A DNA stretch of 64,000 nt from Dehalococcoidia bacterium (GTDB taxonomy: Bacteria > Chloroflexota > Dehalococcoidia > Lucifugimonadales > JAAXIE01), in assembly GCA_965263155.1 (NCBI GenBank), contig OZ253586.1, positions 2,091,002-2,155,001 on the forward strand. The letters run 5' to 3'. Position 1 is the first letter of the stretch, and each line of letters opens with the position of its first letter. Shown piece after piece: positions 19,049-28,082 of this stretch. The notes beneath the pieces are model-generated. The model was not told the DNA's origin, made no database searches, and saw only the letters and a list, made by a program, of their open reading frames with translations. The position numbers and the translations under genes were made by a program.

Positions 19049-20392
19049 ACAGGCTGCGGAAGAATGGGGTTGTCGGTTTCGACGTAGTTGGTTGAGTGGG
19101 CAGTGACGGCGTTTTCGCGAGATTGAAGACGGACTTGGGCCCTGGCGGACGGTTAGGAGGTGGCCTGCAGGGGCTCCGAGGCCCCGTCAGGCCATTTGGG
19201 GCGGGCTACGCCACGGGCGGGTCACACCGACTGAACGGCCCGGGTCTTCGGTGGCGACAGCCGGTTGGCCATCCGCACCAGGTTGTAAGCCGTGGCCACG
19301 AAGTATCCTGCCAGCCCGGTGCGCTCCACTCCCCGATACCGGGTCCGCCGAAATCCTCCCACCGTCTTCATCCACCCGAATATCTCCTCCACCCGCTTGC
19401 GAATCTTCTGGCTCATCCTGTAGCCCCGATGTCGTGTGGTGCGACCGTCTATCGCCGAGCGGGTTCGCTGAGCCACATGAGGCGTCACTCCACGATTGCG
19501 CATCGCCCTGACACACTCCCGCGTGTCGTAGCCCTTATCTCCCCCCAGGGTCTTGGGATGAAAGCCCCGCTGCCGGGCATCGGCCAGCATCACAGGCACA
19601 GCATCACGCTCGGCCGTGCCCGTCGCCCTGCTCACCACGAAGTCCGCCAGCAGTCCATTGCCTTTCTCCATGAGGGCGTGGCCCATGAATGACAGCCTAG
19701 CCTCTTTACCCTTGCCCTTGCGCATCAAACGCGCCTCCGGGTCCGTTCTGCTCCCATGGGTCTCGTTCCTCAACCTCTCCCCACGAAAGTCCACCGACGG
19801 GTTGCCCGAGTCATCATCGGGTGGTCCCTCCTGGTCTTCACGCCGTCGGAAGCTCTTGATGCTGGCCTGAGCCTCTATCAGCGTCCCGTCCACGCTGAAG
19901 CGCTCGTCCGACAACAGCCCGCGGCGGGCCGCCTCCCACACTACCTCGTCGAACAGAGCCTGTGCTGTCCTGTGCTCCAACAGACGCCGGCGGTTCTTGG
20001 TGAACACCGTCGGGTCGAAGCTGCGCTCCATCAGGTTCATGTCCAGAAACCAGCGAAACAGGAGATTGTATTCCAGCTCCTCGCAGAAGGCCCGCTCGCT
20101 ACGCACCGAGTAGAGGGAGATGAGCAACGACGCCTTCAGCAGCCGTTCCGGTGGCACCGACGCCCGGCCCACCTCCGAGTACATCCGGTCGAACTCCCCC
20201 GACAGACGCTCCAGGGCTTCGTCCGCCACGCCTTTGATGGTCCTGAGGGGGTGGTCTTTGGGGACACGTTCCTCCATGTCCACCAATGCCAGCATCGTTA
20301 CCTGCGGATCGCGTCTCCCTCTCATCGAACCACCACCTCCACTACCGGTGTGGTCGTATCCTATCTCACAATACCGCTTTTCCGCAGCCTGC
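19049..20392 (-). mobile_element. IS5/IS1182-like insertion sequence, the only copy with an intact transposase
   Basis: About 1344 bp. The imperfect terminal IRs are ACAGGCTGCGGAAGAATGG... and GCAGGCTGCGGAAAAGCGG... Both ends abut TA. Confidence 0.9.
19222..20325 (-). CDS. IS5/IS1182-type transposase (DUF772 N-terminal + DDE_Tnp_1)
   Basis: 367 aa. It contains ..PPERLLKASLLISLYSVRSERAFCEELEYNLLFRWFLDM.. (DUF772 motif), then GGDKGYD... and RKRVEEIFGWMK...RYRGVERTG...ATAYNLVRMA (DDE C-terminal motif). Confidence 0.9.
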   Translation of the reverse strand: MRGRRDPQVTMLALVDMEERVPKDHPLRTIKGVADEALERLSGEFDRMYSEVGRASVPPERLLKASLLISLYSVRSERAFCEELEYNLLFRWFLDMNLMERSFDPTVFTKNRRRLLEHRTAQALFDEVVWEAARRGLLSDERFSVDGTLIEAQASIKSFRRREDQEGPPDDDSGNPSVDFRGERLRNETHGSRTDPEARLMRKGKGKEARLSFMGHALMEKGNGLLADFVVSRATGTAERDAVPVMLADARQRGFHPKTLGGDKGYDTRECVRAMRNRGVTPHVAQRTRSAIDGRTTRHRGYRMSQKIRKRVEEIFGWMKTVGGFRRTRYRGVERTGLAGYFVATAYNLVRMANRLSPPKTRAVQSV

Positions 20393-20395
20393 TAG

Positions 20396-21853
20396 TATTA
20401 CAACGTCAGTTCAGGGAGGGATGTGGGGCGATGCCCGCATGGCGGCGCGGCGCTTGGCATGGGAGCGTCTAGCCCGTTCGTTACTGTCCTGCGTATCCTC
20501 CAGCCACCGCAGCAACTCTTCAGGTCCGAACCGTTCCCGGGGCAGCATTTCCCGCACCACCCGATAGACCTGCGGCCTCGTGATCCGGGGCATCTTTTTC
20601 CCCCCAAGCCTGTTGCAGGCTCAGCAGAAAAGCTCCGCCCAGCAGGCACAGGGCCACATGGTGATGCCAGCCAGCCCAGGTGCGGGTCTCGTACTCGTCC
20701 AGCCCCACGTCGCTTTTCTCCGTCTCGAACTCCGTTTCTATACGCCAACGGGATCCTCCCACGTATGCCAGGGTCTCCAACGGGGTATCCTCCGGTGCAT
20801 TGGACAGATAGTAGCGCAGTTCGCTGCCGTCCAGATTCCGGCGGTAAATGGCCCAGTGGATTTCGCCGGGCTTACGCCTGCGGGTTGGACGCACCCTCTG
20901 GGCACTGAACAGGTAGCTGCGTGGTCCCTGGCTTCCCTCGGCCACCGTAATCTCACGCCACGCCTCCTCCGTGATGGCATCGGCCCGCTCCGCCATGGTC
21001 CGACGCTGCCCGCTGCGGAGCCTCGGCTTGCGGGGACGCCCGAATCCCTGATACTCCACACTGGTCCAGGCAGGCTCCGGCGGCCACACCGTAAAGCCGG
21101 ACGGAACGTCCAGCACGTACCACATCCCCAAGGCCGCCAGGCCGTCGCGGAAGGACGGCGACATACCGAAGGCATCGTCCGCAGCGACCCATCCAGCCTT
21201 CAGGTGGCCCCGCTCCCGTGCCCGCCCCACCATCTCCAAGGCCAACTCCGTCTTCGACCGGTAGCCTTGCCTATCCTCCGGCACACCCGCCGCATCACAC
21301 CGGTCTTTGTCCGAGGTCCAACTCTCCGGCAGATACAGCCGTTTGTCCACCAAGGCCCGTCCCAACGGGCTGACATAGGCCAGAAACATTCCGGCCTGGC
21401 AGTTGGCCACCTTCCCCAGCCTCCCGCAGTACTGCCGGGCCACTCCCGCCGACTTCCATCCCTGCTTGGGAAAGTCGCTGCCCTCCAGCACCCATACCCC
21501 TTCCGGATGCTCCAGCCGGGTTTCCAGGTACTCCTGCAGCCGTCCTATAATCGCCTCATCGTCCCAGGGAGAATCAGTGAGAAACCGCTGCATCCCTCGG
21601 GCAGACCCCGGAACCGTCTCCGACAGGTTCTCAGCGTTGCGCCGCTCCCCGGACTGTACCAGCAGGGCCTGGAGATAATGACCGCTGTGCTCCCGCGTCT
21701 CCCGGCGGCCAAACAGCGGAGCGAAGTAAGCGTGAAAATCCCCAAAGGCCCCGTACACCTGTTCGAAAGCTGCCGCATCCACATCCCCACCTCACCTGCC
21801 TGCTCCCTCTCCAGCTACACAGCCATCCTATCAAACTAACTGACGTTGTAATA
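20396..21853 (-). mobile_element. IS701-family insertion sequence
   Basis: 1458 bp. It has perfect 16-bp terminal IRs (TATTACAACGTCAGTT). It is flanked by direct CTAG at 20392-20395 and 21854-21857. Confidence 0.9.
20520..21782 (-). CDS. IS701-family DDE transposase
   Basis: 420 aa. The N-terminal pattern ..YLQALLVQSGERRNAENLSETVPGSARGMQRFLTDSPWDDEAI.. and ..VLEGSDFPKQG..SAGVARQYCGRLGKVANCQ.. are characteristic of IS701/ISAs-like transposases. Confidence 0.9.
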   Translation of the reverse strand: MDAAAFEQVYGAFGDFHAYFAPLFGRRETREHSGHYLQALLVQSGERRNAENLSETVPGSARGMQRFLTDSPWDDEAIIGRLQEYLETRLEHPEGVWVLEGSDFPKQGWKSAGVARQYCGRLGKVANCQAGMFLAYVSPLGRALVDKRLYLPESWTSDKDRCDAAGVPEDRQGYRSKTELALEMVGRARERGHLKAGWVAADDAFGMSPSFRDGLAALGMWYVLDVPSGFTVWPPEPAWTSVEYQGFGRPRKPRLRSGQRRTMAERADAITEEAWREITVAEGSQGPRSYLFSAQRVRPTRRRKPGEIHWAIYRRNLDGSELRYYLSNAPEDTPLETLAYVGGSRWRIETEFETEKSDVGLDEYETRTWAGWHHHVALCLLGGAFLLSLQQAWGEKDAPDHEAAGLSGGAGNAAPGTVRT

Positions 21854-21857
21854 CTAG

Positions 21858-22846
21858 CAGGGTGCGGAAAAAGAGTTTTGTGAGTTAGGATGCCAGGGAG
21901 ACGTAGCGGAGGTGCGGGATGCGGGGCAGGCATGAGGAACAGGAAGTGATGTTGGCCTACGTGAATCTGGAGGAGCGGGTACCCAAGGACCATCCCCTGC
22001 GCACCATCAAGGCGGTGGCCGACGAGGCACTGGGACGTCTCTCACCCGAGTTCGACAGGATGTACTCCAACGTGGGCCGGGCATCGGTGCCACCGGAGCG
22101 ATTGCTGAAGGCGTCCCTGCTCATCTCCCTCTACTCGGGGCGCAGCGAGAGGGCCTTCTGCGAGGAGTTGGAATACAATCTGCTGTTTCGCTGGTTTTTG
22201 GACATGAACCTGATGGAGCGTAGCTTCCACCCGACGGTGTTCACCAAGAACAGGAAGCGATTGCTGGAACACCGTGTGGGCCAGGCCCTGTTCGACGAGG
22301 TGGTATGGGAGGCGGACCGCCGAGCACTTCAGCGTGGACGGGACACTGATAGAGGCAGTGGCCAGCATCAAGAGCTTCCGACAGCGAGATGAGGGGGAGG
22401 CACCGTCCGACGACGACCCCGGCAATCCGTGGGTGGACTTTCGTGGAGAGAGGTTGAAGAACGAGACCCACGAGAGCAGGACGGACCCCGAGGCCAGGTT
22501 GATGCGGAAGGGGAAGGGCAGGGAGGCCAGGCTGTCATTCATGGGCCACGCCCTGATGGAGAACGACAACGGGCTGTTGATGGACTTCGTGGTGAGCAGG
22601 GCCACGGGTAGGGCGGAGCGTGAGGCTGTGCCCGTGATGCTGGACGACGCCCGGCAGCGGGGGTACCGTCCCAGGACGCTGGGAGCTGATAAGGGGTACG
22701 ACACCCGGGAGTGTGTCAGGGCCATGCGTAACCCCGGGGGGTTACGCCTCACGTGGCACGGCGAACACACTCGGCGATAGACGGACGCACCACGCGGCAC
22801 GCTAGCTACAGGGCGAGTCAGAAGGTCCGCAAGCGTGTGGAGGAGA
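21858..22846 (+). mobile_element. IS5/IS1182-like copy, 3'-truncated and internally deleted
   Basis: It starts with IRL GCAGGGTGCGGAAAAAGAG. It has a 17-bp deletion relative to copy 26742 (near 22322). It shares that copy's 2-nt indel (RNPGGLRL). Homology ends at about 22846. Confidence 0.85.
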
Positions 22847-22949
22847 CTTTCTGTTTTTGGTGTCTTTACTCGTCCTATTCATTGTAGGCGCGTACACTGT
22901 GCCAGCAATACTGGGAGTGATATTTGGATGGTGACACTCCCCGCATCCC

Positions 22950-23183
22950 CTACCTCTCGGCAATCACCCTTACGTGGTGGGCCAGAGACCTAATCCTCAC
23001 CCCATGAGCATCAGGCCGAAGGTCAGTGGTCAGGATGACCGTCTCCTCCATCAGGTCTAGTACGGTCTTGGTGTTCCTCTCCTCTGGTGGCATATCGTCT
23101 ATGCCCTGAATGGTCATCGCCACTGCTGAGAGCAGCATCACCATGTCTTCCTCAACCATCGCTCCACTTATGAGATCAAGCAC
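22950..23183 (-). CDS. hypothetical protein (77 aa)
   Basis: This ORF lies downstream of 23338..24048 on the same strand. No motif recognised. Confidence 0.3.
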   Translation of the reverse strand: MLDLISGAMVEEDMVMLLSAVAMTIQGIDDMPPEERNTKTVLDLMEETVILTTDLRPDAHGVRIRSLAHHVRVIAER

Positions 23184-23337
23184 TTGTCGGTCCTTAGTCG
23201 CCCTCGTCCCCCTCTCGGGGTACTAAGGACAATCCTTAACCAGCCTGCGCCGGAGAGACATACTTATGCGGACACAAGGATTAGATGTTTGAACCATTGC
23301 ACAAGTAAGCCGCGAGAAGACCCGCTCAGGTGTGCAC

Positions 23338-24048
23338 TTACTCGATGTTTGGCATCTGGTCACCAGACAGCACACCGTACTCGATCCATGCTGACTCGCT
23401 GATCTTTACTCCGCTTGCATCATAGGTACTCGTCCGGTGCAGCACTGGTTCATCACTGACCACTTCCACCTCCCTTCGGATGGTGCGCTCGGGCAGACCA
23501 TGCCCGCTAGGGATGGTCTTGGTCTTGGAATATATAAGGCTGTCTTTACCGGCTAGGCTTCCTCGCCCCTGACTAGTATACCCTCCCTCGTTTTCTAGCC
23601 TCTGTGGATACCTCCAGAGCCGAGATAGCCATCCGGACAGTTTATACGGAGAGAACGGCGTGGTCATGCTCTCCCCACGGATCACGTCAGTGAAGGTGTT
23701 GGTTCCATCTCTGGCAACCGAGGTTGAGACCAGCTTGCCGGACTCGGCGTCATATACCTTGCCGACGGCCTCCACGACCTCCGTATCCTTCCCTATTCTA
23801 GACCACGATTCCTCTATCATGTTCTGTGTCCTAGCATTGGGTGTGTAGTAGATGAGCTTCTGGTACAGCACCGACCCATTAGTGAGACTGTGTAGAAGAT
23901 GGTCTCTGTGTTCTCTGGCTTCCTGTCCTATCTCCCGTGAGGAGAGAGTGCCAGAAGACACCCACCACAGGATGAGGCCCAGGGCTAGGCATGACAGAAC
24001 GAACGTTGCAGCAAACAGATACTTGACTCGAGCTGCGTCTGTCCACAT
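23338..24048 (-). CDS. membrane-anchored hypothetical protein (paralogue of 25119..25817)
   Basis: It has an N-terminal TM segment (YLFAATFVLSCLALGLILWW). It shares collinear blocks with 25119..25817: IEESW..G, GG(Y/F)T..G.G(S/T)L.G, EVEVV.D.P(V/L)LHR.S.YDA. Confidence 0.6.
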   Translation of the reverse strand: MWTDAARVKYLFAATFVLSCLALGLILWWVSSGTLSSREIGQEAREHRDHLLHSLTNGSVLYQKLIYYTPNARTQNMIEESWSRIGKDTEVVEAVGKVYDAESGKLVSTSVARDGTNTFTDVIRGESMTTPFSPYKLSGWLSRLWRYPQRLENEGGYTSQGRGSLAGKDSLIYSKTKTIPSGHGLPERTIRREVEVVSDEPVLHRTSTYDASGVKISESAWIEYGVLSGDQMPNIE

Positions 24049-24347
24049 CCCTTAATCCTCCTCCCCGCATCCAGAGGCCACTGCATCATCTAGTTTGAGC
24101 AACATGGCGCTGCCTCCGGCGCGGACGACTAAGGAGTCAGCCCGACCTCCCGAGGCACCTCTCTGGCCATCTTCGCGTCAGGTGACGTGTGGCCTTATCA
24201 GTTGTGGGCGGGCTACATGGGACGTGTCAACAGATTTATAGACGTGATTAATATCACAAGGCAGGGGTAGGTTTAAGGTGATTGTTGACAGAGAAACACG
24301 TTCCATGTGATATCTTAGTAATAATTAACCGACTAGAAGGAGGACAT

Positions 24348-24584
24348 GTGGTGTATGCAATCAACGTGGACAAGCCTACTCATATCATCAGAATCCACGA
24401 TGGCAGCTGCCCCACTTATATCTATTGGAACGGTGTTAAGAAGCCTGCCAATGGTGGCTGGAGCCTGTGTGACACTGAGGCTAAGGCATTAGCCAGGGCT
24501 AAGCATGAAGGCTCCAAGCTCACATGGGCGAAGATTGAGTGGCCTCGATGCCACTGTCCAGCTCCCCGCTCCCACAAGGTCTAG
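24348..24584 (+). CDS. hypothetical small protein (about 78 aa)
   Basis: GAAGGAGGA at 24336-24344 is followed by in-frame GTG codons at 24348 and 24351. The listed start at 24282 has no SD and is less likely. Confidence 0.4.
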   Translation: MVYAINVDKPTHIIRIHDGSCPTYIYWNGVKKPANGGWSLCDTEAKALARAKHEGSKLTWAKIEWPRCHCPAPRSHKV

Positions 24585-24629
24585 TTCCCAAAGTGTTGCT
24601 AAACAAGAAGTCTATGGTCAAAGGGAGGG

Positions 24630-24992
24630 GTGGGCATGGAGTACGCAGCGGTAGTTGAGGCACTCATATCCGGTGGGGATAACCGCATAGCCAGGGTGAG
24701 GCAGGTGAGCCTCGCAGAGATAGGAGGATGGTCTATCCTGTCGGGTAGGTGTCATATCCACGCAGGAGAGGGATTCGGAGAACCTCGCCTAGGGTTTTGG
24801 GTGGAGAGCAACCTACGACCACCATATCAGATGATCATGACTCGCTCAGGTGATCGTGTGACCATCTGTGAGGTCGAGTCTGACAGGATTCAGGATGGCT
24901 CTGGACCATCAGTTGATGTGCCCATGAGGAGACAGGTCACCCTGCATCAGTCCATCATGTCGGCGTTGGATGGAAGGCTCAGCCCAACCTAG
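24630..24992 (+). CDS. hypothetical protein (about 119 aa)
   Basis: AAGGGAGGGG lies immediately upstream. ATG 24636 is the likely start. Confidence 0.45.
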   Translation: MGMEYAAVVEALISGGDNRIARVRQVSLAEIGGWSILSGRCHIHAGEGFGEPRLGFWVESNLRPPYQMIMTRSGDRVTICEVESDRIQDGSGPSVDVPMRRQVTLHQSIMSALDGRLSPT

Positions 24993-25118
24993 GAGCGACT
25001 CAGAAACGTACGGAGCCTCTTGTTTATCTTTAATATCACACCACGAACCAGATATACACATCAACAACAGCTATTTCTCTCCGGTGCGGGCCTCGGCAAC
25101 GATACCTGCATGGACCAC

Positions 25119-25817
25119 CTAGTAAATACCGGCGACAAATCGGACACTGTACTCCAACAGGGACCTTTCATCCAAAAGCACCTCCCCTCCATCTTGAGCG
25201 TCGTAGATAGACTGCCTATGGAGGAGCGGGGCATCCCTGACCACCTCGACCTCATAACGCCATGTCGCCTCGCCCTCGGATTCACTGACAAGCAGCTTGG
25301 TGGTCTTCGTGAATATGGCACTGACTCGTCCGTACAGGGTGCCTTCACCTGTATATGTGAATCCACCTGATTCGAGGTCATCAATGCCTTCCCATGCCTT
25401 CTTCACCCAAGCTACCATGCCGTGGCTACCGATTGGATCGGATAATGTCATGGTTTCGTTGGATCCGAAGTCCGTGTGGATCATGGTTCCATTTCGGGAT
25501 GTAGTGCTGGACACCCGATCACCGTTCAGATCACGGACTTCACTCCTGAAGCCGATGAACATATCATCGCTCCCCACCAACATCCATGATTCCTCGATGG
25601 TATCAGGATTGGACGCTATCGAATCATATCTACTTAGGCGCATATAGAGGCTCTGTCCCTCAGTAAGGCCATCGATTAGTTGGTCTCGTGCCTTCTCTGC
25701 CACAGCCTGAGCAGCAGAATCCTGACCACACGACAAGGCAATCCAGAAACCGAAAGCCAGGATGAACAACAATGGCAGATTAGGATTGACCAATCGAGCA
25801 CGACTCAGCCCCATCAT
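25119..25817 (-). CDS. secreted/lipoprotein-like hypothetical protein (paralogue of 23338..24048)
   Basis: It has a signal peptide with LSC (LLFILAFGFWIALSC). Paralogy is described under 23338..24048. Confidence 0.6.
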   Translation of the reverse strand: MMGLSRARLVNPNLPLLFILAFGFWIALSCGQDSAAQAVAEKARDQLIDGLTEGQSLYMRLSRYDSIASNPDTIEESWMLVGSDDMFIGFRSEVRDLNGDRVSSTTSRNGTMIHTDFGSNETMTLSDPIGSHGMVAWVKKAWEGIDDLESGGFTYTGEGTLYGRVSAIFTKTTKLLVSESEGEATWRYEVEVVRDAPLLHRQSIYDAQDGGEVLLDERSLLEYSVRFVAGIY

Positions 25818-26281
25818 GGCCTCACCTTGAACGGTATGGGATTGCCCTTAGGATAGAGGCCATCAGACAGAGGCTCTCCGGACAGGGTGAACGCCATTAC
25901 CATATAAAGGTAGGTCTCATCCCGAACCACGAACTCCCCCGTGAATGCAACAATCCACACTGTTTCCCTCTGCCAACCCTCGGCATGGGTGCCTACCGTA
26001 TCCCCATACTCCCTCCATGATGCCTTCCTGATGTAGGAGCCATGAGGATTGCCCTGTAAACCACGGCTGAACGCATGGCTCAACGCCTTCTGGTATATCT
26101 CGTCCTGAGTCAAACTGCCTCCACTCTCAGGGAGACGATGCCAGTATCTACTGGACATAGGAGCTATTGGATCAACTAACCCACGTCGCCTCGCCCACCT
26201 CATCAAACCCATTGCATCTACCCTCCCAGGGGGAAGAACCCTGTCCAATGGACCGGTCAACATAGGATAGCTCCACGTCAA
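25814..26281 (-). CDS. hypothetical protein (155 aa), translationally coupled to 25119..25817
   Basis: Its stop overlaps the downstream start by 4 bp (ATGA at 25814-25817). Confidence 0.5.
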   Translation of the reverse strand: MTWSYPMLTGPLDRVLPPGRVDAMGLMRWARRRGLVDPIAPMSSRYWHRLPESGGSLTQDEIYQKALSHAFSRGLQGNPHGSYIRKASWREYGDTVGTHAEGWQRETVWIVAFTGEFVVRDETYLYMVMAFTLSGEPLSDGLYPKGNPIPFKVRP

Positions 26282-26741
26282 CCTTTATCGATATAATTCT
26301 ATCCAATCCGCAGGAGGGCGTCGATTTATTCAGTGTTATCGGGGTGTGCCGACTTTGCAGAGGATTACTCTGGGGAGCTCTGTGGAAGGTCGTCGGGCAA
26401 TGCATCCTATTGCATGGTATGTGTATTCGTAGCTTAATTATGGTGGAGATGTTGGCACTTGCGACCGGTACCGGACATCAGCTACGGAGGGGAGACGGCA
26501 TGGAGATGGCACTCATACGCAGGCAACACATACGATATGTCTAAAGATGGGACATGGAAGAACTGACGATCCTACTATGGAGGAAGGTCGTCATTCCATT
26601 TGGAGTATCGCTGATAAAGATCACCCCCTATACACATACCTATTTATCCCCTTGATTCTTGTTGGTCTTGGCGCATCAGCTCGGACGGGTGTGTCGATGG
26701 ACGGCCCGTGGCAGGATCGACTAATGAAGACCATGGGCTTA

Positions 26742-28082
26742 ACAGGGTGCGGAAAAAGAGTTTTGTGAGTTAGGATGCCAGGGAGACGGAGCGGAGGTGC
26801 GGGATGCGCGGCAGGCATGAGGAACAGGAAGTGATGTTGGCCTACGTGAATCTGGAGGAGCGGGTACCCAAGGACCATCCCCTGCGCACCATCAAGGCGG
26901 TGGCCGACGAGGCACTGGGACGTCTCTCACTCGAGTTCGACAGGATGTACTCCAACGTGGGCCGGGCATCGGTGCCACCGGAGCGATTGCTGAAGGCGTC
27001 CCTGCTCATCTCCCTCTACTCGGGGCGCAGCGAGAGGGCCTTCTGCGAGGAGTTGGAATACAATCTGCTGTTTCGCTGGTTTTTGGACATGAACCTGATG
27101 GAGCGTAGCTTCCACCCGACGGTGTTCACCAAGAACAGGAAGCGATTGCTGGAACACCGTGTGGGCCAGGCCCTGTTCGACGAGGTGGTATGGGAGGCGG
27201 ACCGCCGGGGACTGCTGTCGGACGAGCACTTCAGCGTGGACGGGACACTGATAGAGGCAGTGGCCAGCATCAAGAGCTTCCGACAGCGAGATGAGGGGGA
27301 GGCACCGTCCGACGACGACCCCGGCAATCCGTGGGTGGACTTTCGTGGAGAGAGGTTGAAGAACGAGACCCACGAGAGCAGGACGGACCCCGAGGCCAGG
27401 TTGATGCGGAAGGGGAAGGGCAGGGAGGCCAGGCTGTCATTCATGGGCCACGCGCTGATGGAGAACGGCAACGGGCTGTTGATGGACTTCGTGGTGAGCA
27501 GGGCCACGGGTAGGGCGGAGCGTGAGGCTGTGCCCGTGATGCTGGACGACGCCCGGCAGCGGGGGTACCGTCCCAGGACGCTGGGAGCTGATAAGGGGTA
27601 CGACACCCGGGAGTGTGTCAGGGCCATGCGTAACCCCGGGGGGTTACGCCTCACGTGGCACGGCGGACACACTCGGCGATAGACGGACGCACCACGAGGC
27701 ACGCTAGCTACAGGGCGAGTCAGAAGGTGCGCAAGAGGGTGGAGGAGATATTCGGGTGGATGAAGACGGTGGGGGGATTCCGGAGGGCGCGGTATCGGGG
27801 AGTTGAGAGGACTGGTCTGGCTGGGTACTTAGTGGCTACGGCCTACAACCTGGTGCGGATGGCTAACCTGGTGTCGTGTGAGAGGGCTCGGGCCCTCCAG
27901 CAGACGTGATCGCCTGGGCGTGGCAGTGCGCCCGTAAGGTCTGACGGGCCCTCCCAGCCCTTGCTGATCACCTCATGGTCCCTTGGCAGGGGTCCCAAAC
28001 CGCCTTCCGGCTAACCGAAAGCGTCAAACTTAACTCAAACCAGCCTCTTCGAACCAGTGAAATCCATTCTTCAGCAGCCTGT
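26742..28082 (+). mobile_element. IS5/IS1182-like full-length copy with a frameshifted transposase
   Basis: 1341 bp. IRL is ACAGGGTGCGGAAAAAGAG and IRR is ..CCATTCTTCAGCAGCCTGT. Both ends abut TA. Confidence 0.9.
26804..27909 (+). pseudogene. IS5/IS1182-type transposase, split by a 2-nt indel near 27630
   Basis: The ORFs 26804..27682 and 27655..27909 together equal the 367-aa intact protein. The AACCCCGGGGGGTTACG stretch replaces AATCGTGG(A/G)GTGACG of the other copies. Confidence 0.85.

Noticed and set aside
20580-21839. 419-aa plus-strand ORF
   Set aside because: It is fully antisense to the IS701-family transposase, whose motifs are unambiguous. Its composition is P/G/R/L-rich and typical of GC-rich antisense frames.
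27620-27690. Possible programmed frameshift in the IS5-like transposase (ORFs 26804..27682 and 27655..27909)
   Set aside because: The intact copy (19222..20325) encodes one continuous ORF. The split is explained by a 2-nt indel shared only by copies 21858 and 26742. It is a mutation, not recoding.
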